NCBI GenBank assembly: GCA_018260755.1
Contig: JAGTWP010000002.1
Span: forward strand, 1-36,703
DNA from: Candidatus Altarchaeum sp.
Lineage (GTDB): Archaea > Altiarchaeota > Altiarchaeia > Altiarchaeales > Altiarchaeaceae
DNA length: 36,703 nt
Direction of reading: 5' to 3'
Below are positions 9,504-18,640 of this stretch, one piece after another (the first letter of the stretch is position 1; each line of letters begins with the position of its first letter). The translations under genes were made by a program, and so were the position numbers. Under the pieces are notes generated by a model. The model ran no database searches and was not told the DNA's origin. It worked only from the letters and a program-made list of their open reading frames with translations.

Positions 9504-9767
9504 GTATTTGTTTAGCTAATTGGATTTTACTGAAAACTACAGGTTTTCAATCTTTAAAAATTTATGAAATTTTTAAATTACCTCGTCATATTTGATTTTG
9601 GGTAGTGATAAACATGTAATGCCGAAGGATATTTTCAAAACCCAGAGTTTTGAAAATCTCCGAGCAACAGCGAGGTGATTTTTAAATTTATTTAAAAATC
9701 TCCGAATGAAATGAGGTGATTTTTTCACACTTTTCACACTTAATTTTTTAAGCAGCTAAACAAATAC
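9504..9767. mobile_element. MITE-B copy 1: 264 bp, 14-bp perfect TIR GTATTTGTTTAGCT, no TSD
   Basis: GTATTTGTTTAGCT at 9504-9517 and AGCTAAACAAATAC at 9754-9767; nearly identical to 31141-31338 apart from two internal indels. Confidence 0.9.
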
Positions 9768-9921
9768 CTATTTTTTTATTTTTATTTTTTTTATTTTATT
9801 TTTATCCTTTGATTTTATTATGATTTTTTTCTAATCTTTCTGATACCTGTATTTTTCTAATATTTATGTTTTTAATCTAATTTTTAAGCCATATTTGTAA
9901 AAATTTTGTATATGTGCAAAA

Positions 9922-10863
9922 ATGAAATTTAAGAATATTGCGGTATTAGGGAACAACACATTCGGTGATGTGTTAGGAAAAAAGGGAACGGAAAGCGATA
10001 TAACTCTTTACAGTTATAAGGAAGAATCACAGGCATTAAGTTTTGTAGTTCCGACAGAATATCCGGGAAAAGTTCAGCCAATGGTATATGCGATAAATAT
10101 GACAGATGCAGCGTTGGTCAAGGTAGATGCAATAAGCAGAACTTTGGGAGAAATAATAATAGCATTGGAATGTGCCAATATAAAAAAGGGCTATATCATA
10201 ATGGGGGAAAATTTAATCAAAGAGCAAATTTTGCCACTCATTAAAGGCACAGTACTTCAGAATTATAAATTTATAGATAATGACAGAATCACAATAATAG
10301 AGACATTATCCAACGAAGACATTTCTTCAACCTCCGGCATTACAAAAGTTCCGATTGATCACTTTTTTGATGTCAAAAGTGTCGGAACAGTAGTGTTAGG
10401 AACAGCTTATGGAAAGGTCAGGAAATTTGATGACTTTATTATGTATCCGACAGATAAAAAAGTAACTGTAAAATCAATTCAGATTTATGATAAGGATGAA
10501 GACGACGCGGAAAACGGTTCAAGAGTGGGCTTAAATTTAAAGGGAGTAAGTGTGGCAGAACTTGAAAGAGGATATGTATTGGCAAAAGAAGGAACAATGA
10601 AGGTCGCTAAGGAAATTAATGTTAAATTTAAGGTTCAGAAGTTTTGGAAATATCCTGTTAGTACAGGTGGAGAATATGTTTTTGTTTGCGGGCTTCAGCA
10701 ATTACGGGCAACCATTAAGGAAGGAGGACTAAATTCCGGTGAGGAAGGAACAATAAAGATAGGTCTTGACTGGAAACTTGCTTATGTACCAGGGGACAGA
10801 ATATGGCTTTTAAGGCCTGATTTACCGGATAACAGGGTTGTCGGATGCGGAGAAATAATTTAA
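9922..10863 (+). CDS. Archaeal SelB-like/EF-Tu-domain protein with a degenerate G domain (aSelBL type)
   Basis: LGKKGTESDIT N-terminus, IDHFFDVKSVGTVVLG, VKSIQ, GSRVGLNLKG and ERGYVL (EF domain II); no GxxxxGKT P-loop. Confidence 0.8.
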   Translation: MKFKNIAVLGNNTFGDVLGKKGTESDITLYSYKEESQALSFVVPTEYPGKVQPMVYAINMTDAALVKVDAISRTLGEIIIALECANIKKGYIIMGENLIKEQILPLIKGTVLQNYKFIDNDRITIIETLSNEDISSTSGITKVPIDHFFDVKSVGTVVLGTAYGKVRKFDDFIMYPTDKKVTVKSIQIYDKDEDDAENGSRVGLNLKGVSVAELERGYVLAKEGTMKVAKEINVKFKVQKFWKYPVSTGGEYVFVCGLQQLRATIKEGGLNSGEEGTIKIGLDWKLAYVPGDRIWLLRPDLPDNRVVGCGEII

Positions 10864-10907
10864 TAAATAAATTTTAATCAATAAATAAATTTTAATCAAT
10901 ATAAAAA

Positions 10908-12572
10908 ATGTCAAAAAAAATTAATGGAATAAATCTGAACTTGGGCGTTTTTGGGATTTTAGCAGTTGTTTTAATGTTGGCTTTGAGTGGATGTGTCGAA
11001 CAAAAAAAAGATGTAACTTTAAAGATGGCAGATGAAATGAGTTCTCCTGTAAATTTCTCACCGATAGTTTTCTATGCAAAATTTAATGAAAGTGTAAATG
11101 CGAGTGTAGATTTTTACATAGATGCTCAATTTATAGGCAATGCAAATTCAAATGGCAGCAATGTTTTTATGGAATACTACGGAAATTTAACTGCCGGAGA
11201 ATACAAAGTAAATGCAATCTTTCCCGGAAATGCTCAATTTAATAATGCATCTGCATCCAGCATACTTAAAATTCATAAACGCAATACTATTTTGGATGTT
11301 GGTTTTGAGCCGGAAGACAGAATTTATTTCAAGGACTCATTAAATGTGAGTGCTCATCTTACTATTGGTAGCACAGACAGCAAAGAAGAATGTGCGAATA
11401 AAGAAATTTTGCTTTATGTAGGCAACAAATTTTTGGGTAAAAATTTAACAAACGATGAATGTTTTGCTTACTGGACACTTAGCAATTTGGATGTCGGGGA
11501 GTTAAATATAAAAGCCGAATATAAAGGAAATGAAATATATGAAGATGCAAACGCAGCTAAAAGTATTACTATAATATCCAAGATTCCCGTTAAAATTTTT
11601 GCAAATAGTACGGAGGTTGAACTTAAGGATAAAGATGTAACAATATCTGCGGATATGAAAGATTATTTGGGTAGGAATGTTCCGAACAGGGTATTAAAAC
11701 TAATATCCGAAGGAAGGTTAATTGCTAATTTAACTGCCGAACACAATATATTCGTTTTAAACATTTCAGAATTTGGATTAGGAAGTCATCGCTTACAGGT
11801 TGTTTTTGACGGGACAGAAATTTATGAAAATGCAAGCAATGATGTATTTGTGGAAATAATAAACAAATACAATATTTCAGGTGTTGAAGTAAAGGCAGAA
11901 ATTCCGCTTGAACAAATGTTCAATAAAAAAATATCTGTCTATGCGGATGGTTCAAATGCAAGTGAGTATTGTGCGTATGAATTTGAATCAATTGCAGATC
12001 AGAAAAATGGCTACCGCATTCAGATTCAAGAAGGAAATAAAGACAGCATATTTTTGGGGAAAAATTTCGGAATAATTACAGTAAAACAAGGTTATGGGAT
12101 GCTTTCCTGCCATGTATTTTTGTGCATGGATAAGAATATTAACTGCTCAATTCCGGATGTTTTTGAGGCAATCGGAAAACTTGAAAATTTAAGCATTGCA
12201 TTAGATAAAGATGTGAGTGGAAAGCCATTGGTTGTCTATAATGAAATCAGGGGAACATTAGGTTACATTCAGGCGTATTTCGTTCAAAACAGGAGACAAA
12301 TTTATATAAAGCCATATTTGATAAATGGCAGCAAATGTGAATTATCTCCGACGAGAACTGCCTATCAGAATTTAACCGTAAAAGAGGTGAATGACTGCAA
12401 TTTCAACGGAATATTCATAAGAAATGCAGATAAGCGGTTTATGGGCGTGAAGGATGGAAAAATTTTATTAGAAGGTGATGAAAATGGTTTGTTTGCCGAA
12501 GAAACAATTTTAAAGTGGCTCATTGCACCGGGATATGCTTATGATTTGAGAATCAAAAATCAAAGTGAATAA
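10908..12572 (+). CDS. Secreted lipoprotein with tandem Ig-like (Big) repeats
   Basis: Signal peptide with lipobox LSGC; three repeats ending in (F/Y)xGN/GTxxY/FxxA; many N-x-S/T sequons. Confidence 0.7.
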   Translation: MSKKINGINLNLGVFGILAVVLMLALSGCVEQKKDVTLKMADEMSSPVNFSPIVFYAKFNESVNASVDFYIDAQFIGNANSNGSNVFMEYYGNLTAGEYKVNAIFPGNAQFNNASASSILKIHKRNTILDVGFEPEDRIYFKDSLNVSAHLTIGSTDSKEECANKEILLYVGNKFLGKNLTNDECFAYWTLSNLDVGELNIKAEYKGNEIYEDANAAKSITIISKIPVKIFANSTEVELKDKDVTISADMKDYLGRNVPNRVLKLISEGRLIANLTAEHNIFVLNISEFGLGSHRLQVVFDGTEIYENASNDVFVEIINKYNISGVEVKAEIPLEQMFNKKISVYADGSNASEYCAYEFESIADQKNGYRIQIQEGNKDSIFLGKNFGIITVKQGYGMLSCHVFLCMDKNINCSIPDVFEAIGKLENLSIALDKDVSGKPLVVYNEIRGTLGYIQAYFVQNRRQIYIKPYLINGSKCELSPTRTAYQNLTVKEVNDCNFNGIFIRNADKRFMGVKDGKILLEGDENGLFAEETILKWLIAPGYAYDLRIKNQSE

Positions 12573-12707
12573 AAATTTAATACCCTTCTAATAGCACTGT
12601 GTTTTAAAAACAATCTTTGAAGGGAATGTAATTTTTGTTGTTATACTCATTTGTTTGTATGTATTTTTAAATTTAAATAACAACGTAAATTTTTTAAAGA
12701 GCATAAA

Positions 12708-12901
12708 ATTACAAGCAAGGAGTTGAATTTTTCGTAAAGACGAATATGGGCAGGTATAAGGGACAGCATAACGCATTGGTTAGAGATAAAATAGTAGCAA
12801 GCGGAGGGAATGCAAAAGTCGTCTGGAATGAGGCAAAGAAGAAAACAGATAAGGTGCCTGCAATAGCAAAAATTCCAAAAGACGATGCTTTGGTTTTATA
12901 A
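12708..12901 (+). pseudogene. DUF5678-like small protein with degraded 5' end (intact sub-ORF 12746..12901)
   Basis: Manual translation EFFVKTNMGRYKGQHNALVRDKIVASGGNAKVVWNEAKKKTDKVPAIAKIPKDDALVL*; the upstream ITSKE is out of frame and has no ATG. Confidence 0.55.
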
Positions 12902-13069
12902 ACAACCTATTTTTAAATTATTTGATATAAGTTTTTGTAAAAATCAAAAAATAACCGTCAGGAATTAAAGAATTCCTAATTAACATAAAATTTAAACAAG
13001 TTTTTTATCTGGCATTCATAATTTTAAAGAAAATTATAAATTTAAATATTTAAATTTTACTAATTTCAA

Positions 13070-13681
13070 ATGGCACAGGAAAAAGCAGTTAAAAAAGAAG
13101 GGAACAAAAAAACAGCAGAAGAAATAAAAAAGGAAACAAAGGCAACCAAAGAGGTAATCTCTGAAGATAAAAGCAAGAAAAAAACTACAAGTGCAAAGAA
13201 AACAAAGACAAAATCAGAGGAAAAAATAGAAGAGATTAAAGAAGAAGCAAAGCATGAGGAAAATGTAATCCCTGAAATCAAAGAAGAAGCAAAGCATGAG
13301 GAAAATGTAATCCCTGAAATCAAAGAAGAAGCAAAGCAGGAAATAAAACCAGGGGAAAAAGTAACAAAAGTAACCGAAGAAAAAACTACCAAAACCAAAG
13401 AAGAAGGTGCAAAGGTAGAAAAACCGGAAGAAAAAAAGACACTCGGAAAGGTTTATACTATTCCATTAAGTGATGTATATAATCAACCGTGGAGTAAAAG
13501 AGCAAGAAAAGCAACAAGGATGGTGAGGGAATTTTTGCAAAAGCATACCAAGAAAGAAGTAAAAATAGCAGGTGATGTTAATGAAGCAATATGGGCTCGC
13601 GGAATGAAACACCCTCCGAGAAAAATAAGAGTTAATGTTGAAATTGAAGATAATCTTGCAACTGCAAGGTTATTAAAGTAA
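13070..13681 (+). CDS. rpl31e: 50S ribosomal protein L31e with a ~120-aa Lys/Glu-rich N-terminal extension
   Basis: C-terminal VYTIPL..KRARKA...VNEAIWARG..HPPRKIRV L31e domain; located upstream of eIF6. Confidence 0.9.
   Translation: MAQEKAVKKEGNKKTAEEIKKETKATKEVISEDKSKKKTTSAKKTKTKSEEKIEEIKEEAKHEENVIPEIKEEAKHEENVIPEIKEEAKQEIKPGEKVTKVTEEKTTKTKEEGAKVEKPEEKKTLGKVYTIPLSDVYNQPWSKRARKATRMVREFLQKHTKKEVKIAGDVNEAIWARGMKHPPRKIRVNVEIEDNLATARLLK
13238..13337 (+). repeat. 42-nt in-frame tandem duplication (KEEAKHEENVIPEI x2.4) in rpl31e
   Basis: AAAGAAGAAGCAAAGCATGAGGAAAATGTAATCCCTGAAATC is repeated exactly. Confidence 0.9.
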
Positions 13682-13706
13682 AGAAAGAGAGAGGCATAAT
13701 AAAAAA

Positions 13707-14357
13707 ATGCTCAAGCAAATTTCCATCAAAAAAGATGCCTTTATCGGTCTGTTCGGATTGCTTACTGATAAATATTGCCTTCTTTCTTACGACTTTCCGA
13801 ATGTTGAGTTGGATGTTCCTGTTTTAAGGGCAAAAATTTATTCTACCGATTTAACAGGAATTTTTTGTGTCGGAAACTCTAACGGTTTGCTTATACCTGA
13901 TGTTATAGAAAACGATGAAGAAAAAAAGATAAATGACTTTTGCAAAAAAAACAATATAAATTTATGGAAAATTTCAACTGATTTTAATGCACTAGGAAAT
14001 TTAATTGCCTGTAATGATAGTCATGCCTTGATTAGCGAGTTAATTCCAAAGAAAAATTTAAAGGACATAAAGGATATTTTAGGTGTTGAATGTTCCTTTG
14101 GTTCTGTCGGAGGACATACGGAGGTCGGAAGTTGTTTGGTTGTGACAAATAAAGGATTTTTGGCACATGCCGATGCCGAAGACACTTTAGAAGGTATCAG
14201 GGAAATTTTCGGAATTGATGGAAAGGTAGGAAGTGTAAATATGGGCTTTCCTTATGTGCGGGCAGGGATTGTAGCGAATTCCAAAAATGCCTTTGTAGGT
14301 GATGAAACTACAGGGATAGAAATGAATGTGATAAGTGATGCGTTGAAGATTGATTAA
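13707..14357 (+). CDS. eif6: Translation initiation factor 6 (aIF6)
   Basis: GNSNGLL, NALGNLIACND, VVTNKG, GSVNMG, ETTGIE motifs. Confidence 0.95.
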   Translation: MLKQISIKKDAFIGLFGLLTDKYCLLSYDFPNVELDVPVLRAKIYSTDLTGIFCVGNSNGLLIPDVIENDEEKKINDFCKKNNINLWKISTDFNALGNLIACNDSHALISELIPKKNLKDIKDILGVECSFGSVGGHTEVGSCLVVTNKGFLAHADAEDTLEGIREIFGIDGKVGSVNMGFPYVRAGIVANSKNAFVGDETTGIEMNVISDALKID

Positions 14358-14385
14358 TAAAATTTTATTAAATAGGTAAATACAA

Positions 14386-15387
14386 ATGGAATCAGAAGAG
14401 ATAATAAAAATATTTGAATCATTTGTTAAGAAAGATAACGAAACATTTTATAAAATTGCTCATGAAATCATAGAAGACGAGAAAAGAAAAAAGCATTATT
14501 TGTTAGTTAAAAAGTTGGAAAATATTTTGTTAGAATCTCACGAATCTTCAAATTTAAATCACATCGAACAAATACCAATAATACCTCGAGATAATGAAAA
14601 AGGTTTTAAATTATTTGAAGTAAAAAAGATTTTCCTTGATTGGAACGATGTAATTCTATCAAAAGACGCCAAAGAAACGCTAAATCAAATAATAGAAGAA
14701 TTGAAAAATGAAGATGTTTTAGAATCTTATGGCTTAAAAGCAAAACAAAAAATACTTTTTTATGGCCCTCCAGGGACAGGTAAAACACTTACAGCAAAAG
14801 TCATGAGTTCAGTTATAGGATATCCTCTTGTCACTATTAGATTTGATTCTGTTATATCTTCATATTTAGGTGAGACTGCATCTAATTTAAGGAAAATATT
14901 TGATTTCATAGAAAAGGGCAAATGGGTGGTTCTTTTTGATGAATTCGACATCATTGGAAAACAAAGAGATGACCCTACCGAACATGGGGAGATTAAAAGA
15001 GTTGTTAATAATTTCATGTTGATGCTTGAAAACTATGAAGGAGATAGTGTGATAATCGCATCTACAAATCACCAGCACTTACTTGATGTTGGAGTATGGC
15101 GAAGATTTGACGATGTTGTTTATTTTGATCTTCCTGATGAAAAAAGGCGGAAGAAAATTTTTGAAAAATTTTTGAGGGTTTTAAAAAAAGATAAAAATCT
15201 TAATTTAACTAAACTTGCAAAGGATACTGAAGGATTTTCAGGGGCAGATATTGAACAGGTTTGTATTGATGCTCTTAAAAAAGCAATATTAAAAAAGGAA
15301 GAATTTGTTAATTATAATAATGTTCAAGAATCTGTTTCAAAGCAAAGAAACAAAATGAATGCTAAGGAGGTGGTTAAACATGAGTGA
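14386..15387 (+). CDS. AAA+ ATPase, IetA-like
   Basis: Walker A GPPGTGKT, SSYLGETASNL, Walker B LFDEFD, HGEIKRVVN, ASTNH, WRRFD; stop overlaps the S8 protease start. Confidence 0.9.
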   Translation: MESEEIIKIFESFVKKDNETFYKIAHEIIEDEKRKKHYLLVKKLENILLESHESSNLNHIEQIPIIPRDNEKGFKLFEVKKIFLDWNDVILSKDAKETLNQIIEELKNEDVLESYGLKAKQKILFYGPPGTGKTLTAKVMSSVIGYPLVTIRFDSVISSYLGETASNLRKIFDFIEKGKWVVLFDEFDIIGKQRDDPTEHGEIKRVVNNFMLMLENYEGDSVIIASTNHQHLLDVGVWRRFDDVVYFDLPDEKRRKKIFEKFLRVLKKDKNLNLTKLAKDTEGFSGADIEQVCIDALKKAILKKEEFVNYNNVQESVSKQRNKMNAKEVVKHE

Positions 15388-17785
15388 ACATCTTAACCTT
15401 CCATTCTATGAAAAGGAATTTGAAAGGAAAAAGCGTGGAGGTAGTAGAATAAAACCTCGTGAGGATAGAAAACACTTCTTCGAGATTCAAATTCGTAAGC
15501 TCGGTGAAATAAAAAAAGATTTTGATAAAGATAAAGAAAGATTTAAGCAATTCTTTGATCCTAATCTCTTGTTTAAAATCGAACTGAAACAGCACGTATC
15601 TGAAGAAGATTTTAGAAAATTTTTGGAAAGAAATAAAATACAAATTGTATCTCCTTCACCGGAAGGCATAGGTTATTGGATTTCACTAGCAAAAAATGAG
15701 AATCTGGATGAAGTTAAAAAAAGATTAGAAGAGTATGGTAAGGACGATGAAAAGGAAGCAAAATATAAGGATATATTTGATGCTATAGAAAAATTTGATG
15801 TCATTCCTCCTGAAGATAAAATAGGTGAACGTTTAAAAGAAAATCCATTACAAAAAGGGAAAGAATATTATTTAGATATTGAAATCTGGATAATGGAGAA
15901 AGAAACCCTCGATAAATTCTTGGTCGGATTTGAAAAATTAATAGTCCATGAAAATGGGCAAATAACCGACAAACTCGTTACCGATAATCTATGTATTCTA
16001 AGAGTTAAAATAAACAAGTCTCTATTTGACGAAATAATAAAACTAAAAGAAATAAGTAGAATAGATAGACCTCCAAAGCCATACATAACCTATCAAATGT
16101 TGTCTTCTCCATTAGAAGGATTTAATGTTGGAGATTCGCCACCTAATGATGCTACAGCTATTGCTGTATTAGACAGTGGAATTTTATCAAATCACCCTTT
16201 ACTTGAAAAAGCAGTAGGGGATGAAATAGCAGTGCCATTTCTGTACAGTAACAAAATAAAAGAGGATAAACCACAAGATGATGTTGGGCATGGCACAGAA
16301 GTTGCCGGAATTGCACTTTATGGAGACATAAAAAAGTGTATTGGCGAGAAAATTTTTCAACCAGAAGTATGGATACTTTCAGCAAAGATTATGTTTAAAA
16401 ATGAAGATGGTGAAGCAGAATATTTTCCTGAAGAATTATTAGAACATCAACTGGAAAAGGCAGTAAGATATTTTGCTACCACTTATCATAATTTTAAGGT
16501 CGTAAATCTTTCCTTAGGGGATATGGATAAAAAAATGTTTGGCGACCAAAGGCAGTTTCCATTAGCAATTTTGATAGATGAATTAGCAAAAGAATACAAT
16601 ATTGTTTTTGTTATCTCCGCAGGCAATCTGGATTTTACTAATCTTCTTCCAAAATATCCTAAAGAATATCCTAATTATCTAATTGAAGAAAGAAAAGAGG
16701 TTAAAATTATAGATCCTGCTTCCTCTGCTTATGCGATTACAGTAGGATCTATTGCCCAAGAATTTGGTCCGTCTGACATAGATCCAAAAGAGATTTTATT
16801 TTCACCCGCTAAAACAAATTACCCTTCTCCTTTTACTTGCGTGGGGCCAGGATATAAAGGAATGATAAAACCCGAACTTGTGGAGGAAGGAGGCAATATC
16901 ATCTTTTCACCAAAAGATCTTAAAAAGTTTGAAGACATAGGCAGTAAACTTATAGTTTTAAATCATAAATGGATTGAAGATGAAAAGCTCTTTGCTGTTA
17001 GTTATGGAACAAGCTTGTCAGCTCCAAAAGTCGCTAATTACATAGCAAAACTTTTCAATCATTTTCCAAATTACTCTTCAAATTGTATAAAAGGATTACT
17101 TTTGGCATCTGCTGAAATACCTTCCGATAGACCATCTCCTTTAGAAGGAATAAATTTTAATGACTCGAACACAAAACTTATAGATTTGTTAAAAGTATAT
17201 GGTTACGGCAAACCAAACTTTGATGTGGCTAAGTCATCCGAGCATAATAGGGTTCTACTTCTGGCAGAAAATAAAATCAAATTAAACAGCATTCATCTAT
17301 ATTATTTTTATTTGCCAAAAGAATTTGTTGAAATCAATGGTGAAAAAGAAATTTCTGTTGTTCTTGTGTATAATCCACCAATAGCAGGAAACAGAAGTAC
17401 TAATTACTTTGGTAGTACGATGGAATATCATTTGTTTAAAAATGCTGAAATTGAAGAAGTAATAGAATGTTACAAAAACATTAAAAAGGAAATAGATGAT
17501 GTGGTTCCTAATGAACTAAAATTGAAAGAAATAGATTTGCACCCGGGAGTTAATATACGAAAAAGAGGAATACATCAAAAAGGAATTAATATTTATTTAA
17601 ATAAACCAGATATTGATACTTACAAACCACTAGTGCTTGCAGTTATATCTAAAGATAATTGGATAAAGGACGACAAAAAACTCCAAGATTATGCTGTTGT
17701 GGTTACAATAAAACACAAGATGAAAATAGATCTTTATAACCTTATAAGACAACAAATACAACAAAGAGTGAAAATAAAACAATGA
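15380..17785 (+). CDS. S8 (subtilisin-like) serine peptidase, IetS-like
   Basis: Intact triad VLDSG / GHGTEVAG / GTSLSAP, oxyanion SAGN, IKPELVEEGGN; RBS GGAGGTG precedes ATG 15380; no signal peptide. Confidence 0.9.
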   Translation: MSEHLNLPFYEKEFERKKRGGSRIKPREDRKHFFEIQIRKLGEIKKDFDKDKERFKQFFDPNLLFKIELKQHVSEEDFRKFLERNKIQIVSPSPEGIGYWISLAKNENLDEVKKRLEEYGKDDEKEAKYKDIFDAIEKFDVIPPEDKIGERLKENPLQKGKEYYLDIEIWIMEKETLDKFLVGFEKLIVHENGQITDKLVTDNLCILRVKINKSLFDEIIKLKEISRIDRPPKPYITYQMLSSPLEGFNVGDSPPNDATAIAVLDSGILSNHPLLEKAVGDEIAVPFLYSNKIKEDKPQDDVGHGTEVAGIALYGDIKKCIGEKIFQPEVWILSAKIMFKNEDGEAEYFPEELLEHQLEKAVRYFATTYHNFKVVNLSLGDMDKKMFGDQRQFPLAILIDELAKEYNIVFVISAGNLDFTNLLPKYPKEYPNYLIEERKEVKIIDPASSAYAITVGSIAQEFGPSDIDPKEILFSPAKTNYPSPFTCVGPGYKGMIKPELVEEGGNIIFSPKDLKKFEDIGSKLIVLNHKWIEDEKLFAVSYGTSLSAPKVANYIAKLFNHFPNYSSNCIKGLLLASAEIPSDRPSPLEGINFNDSNTKLIDLLKVYGYGKPNFDVAKSSEHNRVLLLAENKIKLNSIHLYYFYLPKEFVEINGEKEISVVLVYNPPIAGNRSTNYFGSTMEYHLFKNAEIEEVIECYKNIKKEIDDVVPNELKLKEIDLHPGVNIRKRGIHQKGINIYLNKPDIDTYKPLVLAVISKDNWIKDDKKLQDYAVVVTIKHKMKIDLYNLIRQQIQQRVKIKQ

Positions 17786-18621
17786 AGATGAAAATAAATT
17801 TTGCCCATTCACCTGATGCAGACGATGCATTCATGTTTTATGCAATTGAGGAAAGAAAAATTGATACTGGTGGATTTGAAATTAAAGGAATTTTAAGTGA
17901 TATTGAAACATTAAATAATAAAGCATTAAATTCGGTATATGAAGCGACAGCAATATCATTTCACCTTTATCCTTACATTGCCAAAAATTATTATCTTATG
18001 AAAACAGGTGGAAGTATTGGCTACAATTACGGGCCTATTGTTATTTCAAAATCAAAAATTGATGGAATAAAAGGCAAAGTTATTGGAATTCCTGGAAAAT
18101 GGACAACTGCTTATTTATTATTAAAAATCTTTGAGGAAAATTTTACCCCTGTTTTTATGCCTTTTGATAAAATTATAGATGCCGTAGAAGCGGGAAAAAT
18201 TGATGCCGGCTTGATAATTCACGAAGGACAAATTACCTACGCCGAAAGAAATTTATTTAAAATTATAGATTTAGGAGAATGGTGGTTTGAAAGCCATAAA
18301 TTGCCTGTTCCGTTGGGATGTAATGTTATCAGAAAGGACATAGGAATTGAAAATGCAAAAAAAATTTCCGAAATTTTGAAAAAAAGCATTTTATACAGCA
18401 TAGAGCATAAAAAAGAGGCAATTAATTATGCATCAAAATTTGCGAGAAATTTAAGCGATCTCAATAAGATTGAAAAATTTGTTGATATGTATGTGAACGA
18501 AAGAACAATTGAATTGGGCGATGATGATATCGCTGCCATAAAAATTTTGCTGAACGAAGGACACAAAAAAGGTGTGATTCAAGGTATAACTCCATTCAAA
18601 ACAGAACTTGAAATCGTATAA
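17782..18621 (+). CDS. mqnD: 1,4-dihydroxy-6-naphthoate synthase (futalosine menaquinone pathway)
   Basis: HSPDADDAFMFYA, DIETLN, GYNYGP, LIIHEGQ, DLGEWW, MYVNE motifs. Confidence 0.85.
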   Translation: MKMKINFAHSPDADDAFMFYAIEERKIDTGGFEIKGILSDIETLNNKALNSVYEATAISFHLYPYIAKNYYLMKTGGSIGYNYGPIVISKSKIDGIKGKVIGIPGKWTTAYLLLKIFEENFTPVFMPFDKIIDAVEAGKIDAGLIIHEGQITYAERNLFKIIDLGEWWFESHKLPVPLGCNVIRKDIGIENAKKISEILKKSILYSIEHKKEAINYASKFARNLSDLNKIEKFVDMYVNERTIELGDDDIAAIKILLNEGHKKGVIQGITPFKTELEIV

Positions 18622-18640
18622 ATTTTAAATTTTTTAAGTC

